This document shows positions 28,301-42,129 of a stretch of 64,000 nucleotides of DNA, piece by piece; positions within the stretch are counted from its first letter, which is position 1; the number at the start of each line of letters is the position of its first letter. A model generated the notes under the pieces. It was given only the letters and a program-made list of their open reading frames with translations, was not told the DNA's origin and did not search any database. The DNA comes from Euprymna scolopes (Eukaryota): assembly GCA_053919585.1 (NCBI GenBank), contig CM132786.1. One strand, written 5' to 3'. The translations under genes and the position numbers were made by a program.

Positions 28301-30110
28301 TTTGTATCAGATATTTATGTATTGTTCTGTATCATAGATTTTTGTATTGTTCTTAATCAAGCATTAATGTATTGTTCTGTATCATAGATTTAATTATTGT
28401 TATGTATCATGCATTAATGTATTGTTCTGTATCGTAGATTTATGTATTGTTCTGTATCATGCATTCATGTATTGTTCTGTATCATTCATTAATGTATTGT
28501 TCTGTATCATAGAGTTATGTATTGTTCTGTATAATAGATTTATATACTGTTCTGTATCATAGATTTATATATTGTTCTGTATCATAGATGTATGTATTGT
28601 TCTGTATCATAGATTTATGTATTGTTCTGTATCCTTTATTTATGTATTTTTCTGTATCATACATTAATGTATTGTTCTGTATCATAGATTTGTGTATTGT
28701 TATTTATTATAGTGTTATGTACTGTTCTGTATCATATATTTATGTATTGTTCTATATCATGCATTTATGTATTGTTCTGTATCATAAATTTTTGTACTGT
28801 TCTGTATCATAGATTAATGTATTGTTCTGTATCATACATTACTGCATTTTTCTGTCTCCAAGATGTATGTATTGTTCTGTATCATAGATTAATGTATTGT
28901 TTTGTATCATAGATTAATGCATTGTTCTTTATCATAGATTTATGTATTGTTCTGTATCATACATTAATGTATTGTTCTGTATAATAGATTTATGTATTGA
29001 TCTGTATCATGTATTTATGTATTGTTCTGTGTCCTGTATAAATTTATTGTTCTGTATCATAGATTGATGTACTGTTCTGTATTATTGATTTATGTATTGT
29101 TTGTATCTTACATTAATGTATTGTTCTGTATAATATAGTTATGTATATTTTGGTATCATAGATTTATGTATTGTATTGTATCATTCATTTATGTATTGTT
29201 CTGTATCATGCATTAATTTATTGTCCTATATCCTACATTGATGTATTGTTCTGTATCATGCATCAATGTATTGTTCTGTATCATACATTTTTGTATTATT
29301 CTGCACCATAAATGATTGTATTGTACTGTACCATGCATTATAGTATTGTTTTGTATCGTAATTTAATGTATTTTCGATATCATACACCAATGTATTGTTT
29401 TATATCATACATTAATGTAATGGTCTCTATCATAGATATATGTATTGTTCTGTATCATGCATGAATATATTGTTCTGTTTCATTCAATATTGTTTTCTTC
29501 TCATCATACATTAATGCATTGTTCTGTATCATGCATTAATGTATTGTGCTGTGTCATGCAAGTTCTGTATCATACATTAACGTATTGTTTTGTATCATAC
29601 TTAATAGAATTGTTCTGTATCATACATTATTGTATTGTTCTGTATCATACATTATAATATTGTTCTGTTTTATACAGTAATGTATTTTCTGTATCATACA
29701 TTAATGTATGTTTTCTGTATCATACATCATTGTATTGTTCTGTATCATACATTAATGTATTTTCTGTATCATACATTAATGTATTGTTCTGTATCATGCA
29801 TTAATGTATTGTTCTGTATCATTCATTACTGTATTGTTCTATTTCATGCAATATTGTGTTGTTCTGTATCATAGATTAATGTATGGTTGTGTATCATACA
29901 TAATAGAATTGTTCTGTATCATACATGTTGTATTGTTCTGTATCATACATTATAGTAATGTTCTCTATCATACATTATTGTGTTGTTCTGCATCATACAT
30001 TGATATATTGTTCTGTATCAAACATAACTGTATTGTTCTGTATAATACATACTTGTATTGTTGTTTATCATACATTAATGTGTTAATCTATTATGCATTA
30101 ATGTATTGCT
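22350..30110. repeat. 25-bp tandem satellite, roughly 310 units (consensus atgtattgttctgtatcata[gattt/catta])
   Basis: Directly visible 25-bp periodicity over ~7.75 kb; the C/I/Y-rich ORFs here are translations of the repeat. Confidence 0.97.
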
Positions 30111-30154
30111 CTTTTTGTCGGTGTCCTTTAATACCATCTACACGCATTGTACAC

Positions 30155-32075
30155 TTATAAGCACCTTCTCTAAAATCGGAACAATCGGACTCGATAGAAA
30201 CCAAACTTTAATGAAGCAAGATGTGGACAACGTGAGAAAACTACATCATAAATGACAATACATGGAGGAAGCAGTATCGCAAAAAAGATTAAACAAAAAG
30301 CGAAATCGGCAAAGAAACACTCAAAGCAACACTAAAGTAATGGCAAACTACCCAGATGGTATACACACATATTGATTAAACCAATTCACGACAGTAATTT
30401 GATTAAGACTAATTAGAACATAAAAAGGTGTATCTTCGGAGACGAAGTGCCGGAATCGATGATCAGAGGTTGTCACGCACAAATAGAAAAATATATCAAA
30501 AGGAAATCGCACCAGCAACTACAGGTTCACCAACCTGCTTACCAAGTAGGAAAACAAATTTCGAATGCCTTTTATTATAATGAAGTACTTTTCGAAGGAA
30601 AAAAGATGCTGAAAAGGGAATAGACGAACGCATAATCTATTAAATATAGACAAAATATCCGGTAATATGTTAAAAGTAGAAACAAGTACATAAGCACGCC
30701 ACGGCTTGAAGTCATAAAAGCATACAATAGGATACCTATTGCTGGGTGAAAAAGCATTGATTTGAACGCAAATATATAATTGTGATGAAAATACAAAGAG
30801 GTATCTTCCAAAGACATTCCCTACAATTATTACTCTTCAGGATAGGCATGATGCCATTTAACAGCATACTTGCTAAATGCAGAGCCGAACACACATTTAC
30901 TAATATACATTACAGAATAAACCATTTAATATGTATATGTACGACCTGAAAATGTTCGCAAGATATATAAAAGAATCAGATACTTTAATAAACACAAGAA
31001 TTTTCAGCCAGGATATTCAAATGGAATTTGGTATAGGCAAGTGTACACTGCTAGTTGTAAGAAGGGGAAAACTGGAGGCAACAGAGTACAACCAAGCAAA
31101 GATAAATACACTAGACGGATATGGCGACAAAAATGTTTAGTGGCTGTAATAGCAGACATGATCAAAGCAATATAAATGAAAGAAAAAACCAGGAAAGAAA
31201 ACTTCAGACGAACACGAAAACTCTAAGAAAATAAACTATATAGTAAAAACTTATTAAAAGTATAAAAGCATAGGCAGTGACAGGAGTAAAATAATGCAAA
31301 CCGCTTACAAATTACACCAAAGCATCTCGACTGAATACGAGAAAACTTATTACCATGCACAATACAATGTACACAAAAATAATTTTGACTGACTTTACGT
31401 CCAAAGGAAAGACGGGGGAAGCGGACTGATTCGTATTTAAAACTGTTTGAATGACACACACAGACAAAGAATTAGAAAAAAATGTAATGCTTAACACTGA
31501 AATAATAATTGCCGTAGCAAATGACATTAAAAAATGACCAACACAGGAAACAGAGAGGTAAGAGAGAGGACGTGAAAAGAAAAATAGGAAGAGAAACAGT
31601 TACACGAACGACCCATAAGGATGGTAACGATGAGACTAATGAAGGCACGTTGACATAGCGACGAAAGTTAAACATAAACAAGGAAAAAGTATTCCTAATA
31701 ACAGTCACGAAAGATAACAGGATTAGCCTCAACCACATCAACACAATGATCGACAGAACACAAGAAAATAGCAGATTAGGATTCTGTGGACAAGGAGACG
31801 AAACGATAAACCACCCAGTAAGGGAATACAACAAACACGAGCAAAAAGAATATAAAAATAAACACGATCAAGTGGGAAATGCAGTACACTGGGATATATG
31901 CAACGACTGCATCTTCAACACATGGACAAATAATCCAACGACACCCTCTCAGCACTACTTGGCAATGAAAATTACGTCTTATAGGACATCGACGTACGAG
32001 CAGATAACCCACCTAAGCAAAAAGACTGGGTACCATAATATTTAAAACGAAGAAAAAGTCCTACCAGATTGTAGT
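30155..32075 (+). mobile_element. R4/Dong-like non-LTR retrotransposon relic (RT plus CCHC/REL endonuclease region)
   Basis: INHLI(Y)MYDLKMFA (YMDD-derived), DIQMEFGIGKC, and IDRTQENSRLGFCGQGDETINH..QKEYKNKHDQVGNAVHWDIC (Zn-knuckle/RHD motif). Confidence 0.78.
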
Positions 32076-32109
32076 GTAAAGTCCTTAGAATGAATTTTAA
32101 TTTTGATAA

Positions 32110-33130
32110 ATAGGATTTCTACTGAAATTAATAAAATACTTTTACCATCTAAGGACTTCACATTACTCCGGACACTTACTGATGATTGTTAAATCTTTTG
32201 ATAAATAAAAATAAATAAATACGTGTTGATCTCGGCGCAATACGACTTCTGTTTTTTGTTTGTTTGTCTGTGTGTTTTTTCAGTTTACGTTACCGGTTTT
32301 CTATATTTCTCTTCTAATCCATAGCCAGACCGCTTCGCTGTATGACAGCTCCACGGTGCGGCTAGACTAGCGTCCATCCCGAACCTAGTTCGACCTACAA
32401 CTACTAAGTTGATAGCAGGCAGTTCTATTCTCTGATCCATAAGATCAGTGCCGCCAAATGAAGTCATCATATATTTATACAAACATTTGACCGCCGCTTT
32501 TTACATTGCTCGATTTGTTTCTTTATTTACAAACAGAACTTTGCATTACGCTAAGCAAACATCGGGTGAACTTACGATAATTTTCTCCCCAATTTCGCCT
32601 TTGTTCACTTTTAATCAAGTATTTTCATACTTTTCAGTCACGTTGCATTTCTAATATACTAATTTCAATATATTTTACAAGAATTGTCGGATCTGTCTAA
32701 TCTGCCGCGCAGTTTTTGTACTTTACATGTTTACATTTTATTAAAATTTATATTCATTCCTTTTTAAAAGTCATAATTTATTTGTTATTTCAATAATGTT
32801 TTCTATATTATCAGTTTCCTCCTTCCGATCACCCTTTAATTTAGTTATATATTTTCCTTACTTATATATTTGTGGTTTTAAAATATTTTTGCATATAAAA
32901 CATGTCTTTGATATGAAACAGGGACTGAAAAGAAATACAAGCCAAGTGGCTGGCATCGAAATAACGACTGCGGAATTAAGATATCGTGGTTGCAACGCAT
33001 ATGTAATGAAAGTGTTGTCAATATTTTTTTCTTATTCATTTTACATGACAAGCTATTTTCAGAAGAACAGTAATGCAATGATGTCGAAAGTCGGACTATA
33101 TGAGAGTAATAATTATCATAATAAAATTAC
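32110..33130 (-). mobile_element. piggyBac transposase relic
   Basis: YKYMMTSFGGTDLMDQ matches the piggyBac YN..MGGVD..DQ motif; downstream KCPE*C resembles the Cys-rich domain; boundaries are uncertain. Confidence 0.5.
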
Positions 33131-33429
33131 CTTTTAATTACTAAATGAAAGTCAAATTCTTATTTTACAGTTGAAGTCCGCATGTTTTACATTATTGTTT
33201 ATACAATTCAATAGTTCGGCGTTTTGAGAATTGCGTCGTGTTATCGAAGACATTAAATAAAGTTTCGAGAGTCGAACCCTTTGACAATTGTCGTTGTATG
33301 TTTTAATAAAGATCCGATAGTTGAACTTTTTGAGAAATGTCATCGACATTAAATGAAAAAGATTATTACAATTAAAGTTATATATATTTGATTGAAACTC
33401 AAAAAGAATATGAAAGGCTAGTTAACCTA

Positions 33430-33790
33430 GTCATGTATGGGGGCTATTTGTGTCTAGCTAGAATTAGACAGCTAGTTTTGTGTAGTCGTGTATGGAGGAT
33501 GTTATATATGGCTGACGGTGTGTCGAGGCTAGCTGTTCCTGATAGTGTATTGAGAGTTAGCGTGTCTGACTGTGTAGCAAGAGCTAGCTGTGTATTGATG
33601 ATGAGCGAGTACTAGCTGTGTCTAGACGTGTTTCGAGAGCTAGTTGCGTTCAGTCGTCTATGGAAAGGTTTAGTTGTACCTAGCCATATATGGAGGGATA
33701 ACAGTGCTTGACTGTGTTGTGAGAGCTGATTTTGCCTGGTCATATTGAGGGATAGTTTAGTCTCGACATGAATGAAGTGCTAGAGATGTG
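33430..33790. repeat. Degenerate ~28-bp minisatellite, about 12-13 units
   Basis: Recurring gagagctagctgtgtctag-like units. Confidence 0.6.
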
Positions 33791-34382
33791 CGGTTTATAT
33801 AATAGAAAATGATTTTTTTATGATCAATCGTGCATGTTGTCTTAAATATATAATTTTCGTGTGATAGAAATGTATGCGATAAGAATGACGAAGTGTGATG
33901 AAGAACGAGCTGGGTGTTTGACAGTCGGGTCAATAATGCGAATGTTGTGTGAGTACTGTACATTTATTTTTATTCTTTTTTATTTTTACTTTGTCAACTT
34001 TATTTTCCTCTGATAATATCTTCTTTAACCAAATAACGGTGTTATCGTATTTCTCTTACTTCATTGATTAGATTCGCGTTTACATTTCTTACTAACCTTC
34101 TTCGCATTAAATTAATTGCTTTCATCTGTGATATTATTTGCTGATCGCATCCTTAGAACAATTTATCTAGCTGACACCAGACTATTCATGTGTAATGATT
34201 ATATTGCGTTCAGAGAAACTTCACGATCAATATGAGAACTGCTATTATGAGCTGAGAAAAATAAAGCATATTTTAGAACCTATCAGACAAAAAATAATGA
34301 TTGTGCATTTTATGGGCTGGGTTTAACGCAGATTTCCTGACGAAATAATTAGATGCACTATTATTATTTGTATTGGTAGCAT

Positions 34383-34741
34383 TGTAACAGTGCGCGATGC
34401 ACGTATAACAGAAGCTACAATTGTCGTAAATAATCGAGTCGTGTATGAGGTTACGTCACAGCAAGGAAGAAAAAGAAAAATATTATACAATAATTGTGCC
34501 AGAAAAGGGGAGAGAGATAGACGTGCTACACGCGTAGAACGAGAGGGACAGAAAAATACACCTTCTAATTATGAGCGGATAAAGACTGAATACCACGTGT
34601 TCGACAAGAGTTTGGAGTGCGTGAATTTATTTGAACAAGGGACAAGTCGGTAATCTGGAAAATAATTGCAAATAATTATCTTTTGTTTGACTTGAAAAAA
34701 TGTGAGTCGAATTGTTTCCTTACATTTTATTTCCTGGCGAC
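34383..34741 (+). mobile_element. Putative LTR (TGTAA...TTACA, 34383-34724) followed by a PBS-like TGGCGAC
   Basis: Inverted 5-bp termini, TGGCGAC at 34735; no internal coding sequence recognised. Confidence 0.4.
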
Positions 34742-35100
34742 TCATGAGGGTTCCGAGTGTTAAAATGTAACAGCTACGTTATAGTATTAGTAGAATTTGT
34801 GTCAGAAGAATTAGTATTAGTAGAAGTACTATTAGAATATAAGTAGCAGGAAAAGAGAAAATTATGAGAGCTACCAGGTAGATGGGTCGTAGTCGTGAAA
34901 TAGTTAAAACTAGATTGTGTACATTCTCTTATATTTAAAACGTAAAAAAGAGATTGCTTTTACATAATATTTACCTTAATGTTAAATGCATACATTGCAT
35001 CCCCTTTTCTACTATTGCCCGAAGTTCGGAATAATAAAAAAAATATCTACAAAATTATTTATTTTTCATATTCTGATCATTAAATGGGTGTAATATATAT

Positions 35101-35256
35101 AACGCATATTTCCTGACGAAAGAATTAGATGCACTATTATTATTAGTATTAGTAGCATTGTAACAGTGCGCGATGCACGTATAACAGAAGCAACAATTGT
35201 TGTAAATAATCGAGTCGTGTACGAGGTTACGTCACAGCAAGGAAGAAAAAGAAAAA

Positions 35257-35258
<2 letters not shown>
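35101..35258 (+). repeat. Direct duplicate of 34325-34482 (~155 bp, offset 776)
   Basis: Near-identical sequence with only a few substitutions; ends at a (TA)n tract. Confidence 0.9.
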
Positions 35259-35302
<44 letters not shown>

Positions 35303-35459
35303 TTAGGGGATTAGAACAAGAGTCACAAAGGAGAGTATATTTTAATGTATTAGTACATTCATTAATACAATTAAAATAAAAGAAAAGAAAACATTGCTCA
35401 TTGTAATGTAGATATAATAAGCTCGATAGGCATATGCATCCTAGAGCTATTTAAATATT

Positions 35460-35845
35460 GAGTAAGATGATTGAAAATTAATAATTAAAATTAAAAATCG
35501 AAAATCGGTTTCATAAAGAAGAAGAAACAAAATCAATGAATTCATTGACGAGGATACGTACGAATTTTAGAAGGCGACACATTAAAAGATACATCTGTCT
35601 TACTTAAACCATGCTAGATTTACTTTTGGTGTTTTTAGAAAAAAAAAACACCCAATATATTTGCTGATGAGGAGACTCTGTTTCAAAAAAACTATACGAT
35701 AACATTACTGTCCAAGATTCAATTTCTATCACAATAAAAAAACATCGCTTCCGAAAAGATTGTAGAATTTATTGATTTTGTTTGTTCTTCCTTATGAAAC
35801 CGATTTTTAATTTCAAATTTTAATTATAAATTATCAATCTTCTTG

Positions 35846-35850
<5 letters not shown>
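35460..35850. mobile_element. ~390-bp element with ~85-bp imperfect terminal inverted repeats (MITE or Penelope pseudo-LTR remnant)
   Basis: Reverse complement of 35460-35545 aligns to 35765-35848; other copies at 2489-2960 and 45420-45648. Confidence 0.55.
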
Positions 35851-35903
<53 letters not shown>

Positions 35904-35904
<1 letters not shown>

Positions 35905-36663
35905 TAGCAAAAGTGTCCGTCGTTGACTGGGTTCAAGAACAGCCTACAAAAAATGGACTCTGATTTATGGAAGTATGATAGGTTATGAAAAATGAAAAGG
36001 AAGGGTTGTAAAGAGATAGCTTCGAATTTGGGGGTATCAAAACCAAAGCAAAATATGATGAAAGTAAAAATAAAATAGATAAACCCCATAATTTATTATA
36101 CCATACCTGTTCACACTGAAACACTTATCACACTATTCTGTTGATCTATATTAAAAAAAACAAAACTTGTTAAACTTTGTGATACATTTCCATTCTATGG
36201 AGGTCAGGTGCGAACGAACATCCCATAATTTTATTATACAATATTTCTTCAAACTGAAACATAATTATCAAAGTATACTTACGCAGATAGATATGAAAAG
36301 TCTTTATTAAAGTATGTGCCTATTTCCATTCTATGGAGGCCAGGCGCGAACGCAGACCCCACAATTTTATTATACCATATAATTTAAGTTAACACATACT
36401 TATCAAAGTATTCTTATGTACATCTATATCAAAACACTTGTAAACGTCTTTTTAAATTTTTAAATTTTTTATTTCCGTACATTGTGGACCTGGCGCGAAC
36501 GCACACCCCACAATTTTAATGAACCACCGTTCTGCCAGATCAAACCTGCCCATTCCTGTGTCTCGATACACCTTCTAGCATTATATGTAATCAGTTTTTT
36601 AAAACAATCAACCATATAAAAGCTTATTCGTGACCATACACAGATACACACGTAGCCATTCAG

Positions 36664-36667
<4 letters not shown>
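35904..36667 (-). mobile_element. Non-autonomous Helitron with ~135-bp internal tandem repeats, inside (TA)n
   Basis: CTAG 35904-35907 with a degenerate hairpin (gtccgtcgttgactgggt); cccataattttattata units at ~36084, 36222, 36357, 36506; TA-rich 5' end. Confidence 0.65.
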
Positions 36668-36728
<61 letters not shown>

Positions 36729-37591
36729 GTTCATCACTGGTTATTATATCAGACGAGTCGTTGTAAATGATTCTATTAGTTTATATATTTTCATCCGACG
36801 ATGTATTACAGCTATAATTCTCAACGATATTTTAAGTCTTGATTTCTAAATCAAAATAATGTTATGGTAAAACTCGATCACTGCACTCAAATAGTTCTGT
36901 GTGTAAACGCATTCTCCACTTTCTCTTCTTTTTGATTGAATTTGTATTCAGAATTCTCTCTCTGGCTATACTTATTGCTGCGCCCGTTGATCGCTCTGAA
37001 TCTATTTAGCCAACTAATAAAATGATTTATTTATTTATGACTATCGTGTCGAGCGCTGGGGGGTATGCATGGATGCCTTCAGAGCTGAATTCATTTAAAA
37101 AAAAATCTATTTTTCGTTTTAATTTTTAAGATTTATTTCGTTTGATTGGTTACACTTTCTACGGCAGAGTATCAAAACGAAGTTTTATTTTTTGTTTACT
37201 TAAAACATGTATTTACCCGACAGGTGTACAACTTTCAACGAATTACGTCGTTGACGAGTCCACTAAAAGCATTAGTAACTGAATGAAAGCAAGTGCGAAC
37301 AACAGGAAAAATGTAATCTTATTAGAAGAAGTGCTCATTTAAGCAAAACTGACCCGAAAGTTTTACGTAAGGTCTAATTTCCATTACATGATTTTTGACA
37401 CTATGAGGCCAGTAACGTTTCTAACCATGCGGACACATTCTTAAACACTTCAGCATTTGATCATCTATCTCATAAGATGTATAACAATAGGATAGTGAAT
37501 TTTCAACAGTCTACGACAATTATAAATGCCTGTACAAAAATGTATGGAAACTTATTGAGGGCACCTCATATATACACAGGCATACACACAT

Positions 37592-37653
<62 letters not shown>

Positions 37654-37753
37654 CAATGTATATACACAGGCATACACATTTATATGTGGTGGGAACAACG
37701 GGAAATAGTATTCCGACAAAATAGATAAATAAAAGGGAACAAACCGAGTTATG

Positions 37754-37799
37754 TGTTCATCAAAGTTTCGTCTTTATTTCGAGACTTCCTCTGGATGAA
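37754..37799 (-). ncRNA. Degenerate minimal hammerhead-like motif (Penelope-type)
   Basis: Minus strand: ttcatc CAGAGGA a gtct..agac GAAA cttt gatgaa; perfect 6-bp stem I, 4-bp stem II, one core mismatch. Confidence 0.5.
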
Positions 37800-39200
37800 T
37801 AAGATTAAGAAACAAAAACCCCGTTCTAAATATTTGTAAATGTTTCATGTGCAAAGTATGACGCTGTTCTATTTTAGAAACTGAAAAAAAATCCGTTGGA
37901 AATTCATAAAAGGAGGGGAAGCTTACGTTGTTAACGAGGGGGAGATTTTTAATAACGTCATATAGTCGTTAATATGTGTTTAAAAGATATAAACACAGTT
38001 AATATTCTTTCTAAAAAACGTGCAGGTTTCAATAATGTGGCGCCATTAATAAGGAAACTTTTATCAAAGAACACAATTTAATTGGAAACGCATGTTAAAC
38101 TTCTTACACCATAGAAACATCCTGTGTAATAATTAATACATATAATCTCAATCAATAAATTACATAACAAAAACACACTCATTTCATTTCTATTTCACAC
38201 CTATATTTACATTTTAGCACATATTCTTTCCAGTCTTGAATTACCGGTTGCAACGTCTACTTTGAAAGGAAAAAAAAACAATACCTAAGTTCTCATGAGT
38301 TAAAAAAAATTTCCTGACACGAGCTTTGTCTACTGGAAAAACGAATGAAGTATCATTTACATAAATACCATTTTGATTACATATCAAATACTGTATTTTC
38401 TAATTGACTACTGTACACTCTTAACCCTTATCCTCGCGTGGTCATTGAGCCTTGACAAGTATCTTGACGAAAATGAATCTCTACACGAAGAGATTGCATT
38501 ATTCGATCTGGCAGTATAGGTTTGTTTAATCATATCCCCAAAAGCAGATCATAACAATACATAATTTCTATAGTATATTAGTTATGGATGCTGATCATCT
38601 CTTAAACGGTAATCGCGTTCATAGTTATTCAGTTTTATGATTCGACAGTGCAATATCAGTTTTTATTTGCTATTTTTTGTTGTACTTAACTTGCAATTTG
38701 CATAATTTGAGGAATATTTGTGGTACTTAGCTAGTTTAAATAAAATAAGCCCTTAGGATTAATATAATGAACTTTTAAGATAAATTGCCGCTTCCGATAT
38801 GTAGTGTGATTAATATCTCTTTCAATCAATATATCTATCTATCTATTTTCAACACCTTTAAACTCTTACCATTTGTCACTTTTTCTCTCGCAATCTCTTT
38901 CTTTCTCTAGTTTTCTCTTTCTCTCTCTATCTCGCTTTATCATAATTTAGTAATTTAAATTTTATGACGTGAAAGGCAAAGAATACATTTCAATAAGTAT
39001 ATCTGCTTAATATGTAGGTTTTCGATGTCTACCCATCTCCTCATAGGAAAAAATATTAGCAAATAGTATAATGGTTTATAACTAATTTGCTAAATACAAT
39101 AAACATAGAAAATCATAATTAAAAGTTTTTAAATTTTTAAATCATAAAGTAATCACTAGATTTCCATACAAGTAGAGCTATAGTATTATGTTATTCTAAA

Positions 39201-39261
<61 letters not shown>

Positions 39262-40107
39262 TATATCCCAAAATGATATACCATTTCATAGTGCTGTTGT
39301 TGTCTCGGTGGCATCTGTCAATAAAATGCCCCAGTATAGATAATAGACATGTTACAAACCGAGTAAAATAGAACTACTACCCATCCACACTATACCCCCC
39401 GTAAGCCTTAAAATATATACTACATACATTTAAGACTATGATAAAAACTCTATGCACCTTACTACATTACACTCTATATAATACGCTCATCTTTTATTTA
39501 GATTTCGATAACACTCCTCTACATCATCTATAATTTTAATTGATCTATTTCATTCCTAATGAATCCCACGCTAGACGCCGCATCCCAACTATCTTAAATA
39601 GCATCACCTGTACTCTTCTGGTGAGAAGCATTAGGCTTCGAAATGGCTTGGCATAAAGAGTCCATTCTATTCCCAACTAAAATGGATACATCGTTTTCAA
39701 GCATACTTTAAAATCATACATCATTCTGGCAACGTGATTGTTAACTCTCATTCGAATATGAGAGAGCTACAGCTTGATTACTTGAGAATTTTTAAGAACG
39801 TTTCATTTTAATGTTTGTAATGATCTTCTAAGCGCATTGAAGAGTAAACTATGAATTCGATAAGATTGAAGTAGATATTTAAAAATAACTAAAAATAAAA
39901 GAGATAGTTTTCATAAATTCAGAAAATAGATCGGTAGTAAATTAAATACTCTATAAGAATTAAAATTTAGTATGAAGTGTTTGTTTCTAATTATTCAAAA
40001 ACTTTCTGGTCCAAAAATAAATTATAGAATCTTTATATGATTCAAGTACCATGAAGAAAAATTGTCGTATTTTCTCGCCTTATTTGTCAATATATTATAT
40101 TTTTTTT

Positions 40108-40360
40108 AATTATTGAATACTTAGTAATGAAATTCTTTTACAATAATTATTTTTATTACTTTTTCTATACTAATATTTTAATTATTAAATATTTAGAAAT
40201 GAAATTATTTTACAATAATTATTTTTATTATTTTTTCTATAATAATATTTTAATTATTAAATACTTAGTAATTAAATTATTTTACAATAATTATTTTTAT
40301 TACTTTCTCTATACTAATATTTTAATTATTAAATACTTAGTAATTATTATTTTTTACAAA
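40108..40360. repeat. 72-bp AT-rich tandem repeat, ~3.5 units
   Basis: 24-aa periodicity of ORF 40127..40441 reflects the nucleotide repeat. Confidence 0.85.
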
Positions 40361-42041
40361 TGTCGAAAATTATCTAGCTATCCAATAGACAATTTTTGGA
40401 GGAACATTAATTTGATGATCTATAAATTACAACGTTCATGACATTACATAATTCAATTTAATTCCATTAAAATAATAGAACATTTAGTTTTAACATGGCA
40501 TACGCTAATGTGGTTTATGGAGTGTGAAAATTATGGCATAAACTTCTGATTCCATTACCGGCATTATTCGATTCTTAAATACTTCTTTTGAAGTATTATT
40601 TGATTTGCTCAAGTTAGAACTGGTGGTTTATTACAACAGGATACTTTATCAAGGTTTATCTCTCCTAATTACTATGAAGTCACACAAAGATACGTGCCCC
40701 TCTAATAAACAAAATTTTCTATTCAACAACAATGATCCGGCATATAAAAAGACAAACACTCACTAATATACGTCGCTACATTATACGCAATTGTTCCTCG
40801 CCATACTTACAACCTAATCCAGCAATGAACAATCTACTCTCCAGGAAGCTTATTTTTTCTGTTCCTCCATTTCCGTTAACGCTGTTATAAGCCGTGCAAC
40901 TTTACGTGCATTTGATTTTCTAACATTTACTTTCTATAATTATTTTAAATGCATTTATGTTATTCAGTATATAAAATAAATAGTTCATTGTATAGGAAAA
41001 GTGGATACTACGTTAGATTTCCACAGAAAGTGCGTGTTGGTTTAAAGTATTTAATGCTTTTAAACATAAGAACATGTTAAATTATACGAATATATCTTTA
41101 CATATATTTCTGTTAGATACTTCTTCAATCTATCCCTGTAGAGGGAAAACAAAGACATAAAAATTACTTTTGTTAATGTTGGACCAGTTTAGGATTATCT
41201 GATAAATAGAATCATTCGAGCTATTTGCATTTTTTCTATTTCTATGTAGGTAATATTCGCCATACACATCAGACACGATGTTTACAATCACGTTATTTTT
41301 CAACTATTCGTCCAATATAAAATTTTAAAATAATTGTTTTGTACTAGTAATTTTGAAGCCGTTTTGTTAGAGCTATATTAAGTCCTTGCAGCTGTTTTAT
41401 TGGCATAAACGTAAACTCCTGGGAAACAGCTAAACGAATTTGTGCAGTTTACTTAGAGGTGCTTTCGCTAACTAAAGAATTGGCTCGCTGTGCGGAAAAT
41501 AGAGAAAGCTTACCGCAAATACCCACCGTCTCGCACAATTCTCGAACCATCACGTTTCACTCGTGATTTTGAGACGGTTGGGCACAATCAAAGCAGATTG
41601 CTTGGGCGAGTAGGCAGAAGCGGTAAAATACCTTAAAACGTCTACACATATTTTTAAAGCTGCTCTATTACTAGTATTTACGATGACATTTTCTAAGCAT
41701 GCTTATATTACATGCCGTTTTTGCGGTTAGTATTTATAATCGCATAAAACTATGTAATTGTCAATGCAGAAAATAGTTATCTAAATTGGCATTTACTAAA
41801 CGATCACAATAATTATTAAAATAATGCATTTTCTATTTTGCTAGAATATTTCCAAGTTCAATAAGGATTTGAAATATCACCTTCTCTGCGGGATAAATTA
41901 AAAGACATGGAATCTGAAACCTAAATAAATACCGAATATTTCGATATTGTTGACTTCATTGACGGAAACTTAATCTAACTTATTTATTCATTTCTATATA
42001 ATTTTCTTGGTTACTGATTTTTTTATTAAATAAAAAACGTG

Positions 42042-42128
<87 letters not shown>

Positions 42129-42129
<1 letters not shown>

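Noticed and set aside
22350-30110. CRISPR-like array or Cys-rich protein genes in the 25-bp repeat
   Set aside because: Units are contiguous with no unique spacers and there are no cas genes; the ORFs are short, stop-ridden translations of the satellite.
38421-38440. TTAACCC as a piggyBac terminus
   Set aside because: No matching opposite TIR found, and the 7-mer is expected by chance.
40440-40660. Possible Penelope RT N-terminal relic (TLHKP) on the minus strand
   Set aside because: A single weak motif.
41440-41640. Possible Tc1/mariner N-terminal HTH relic
   Set aside because: No catalytic motifs or TIRs to support it.
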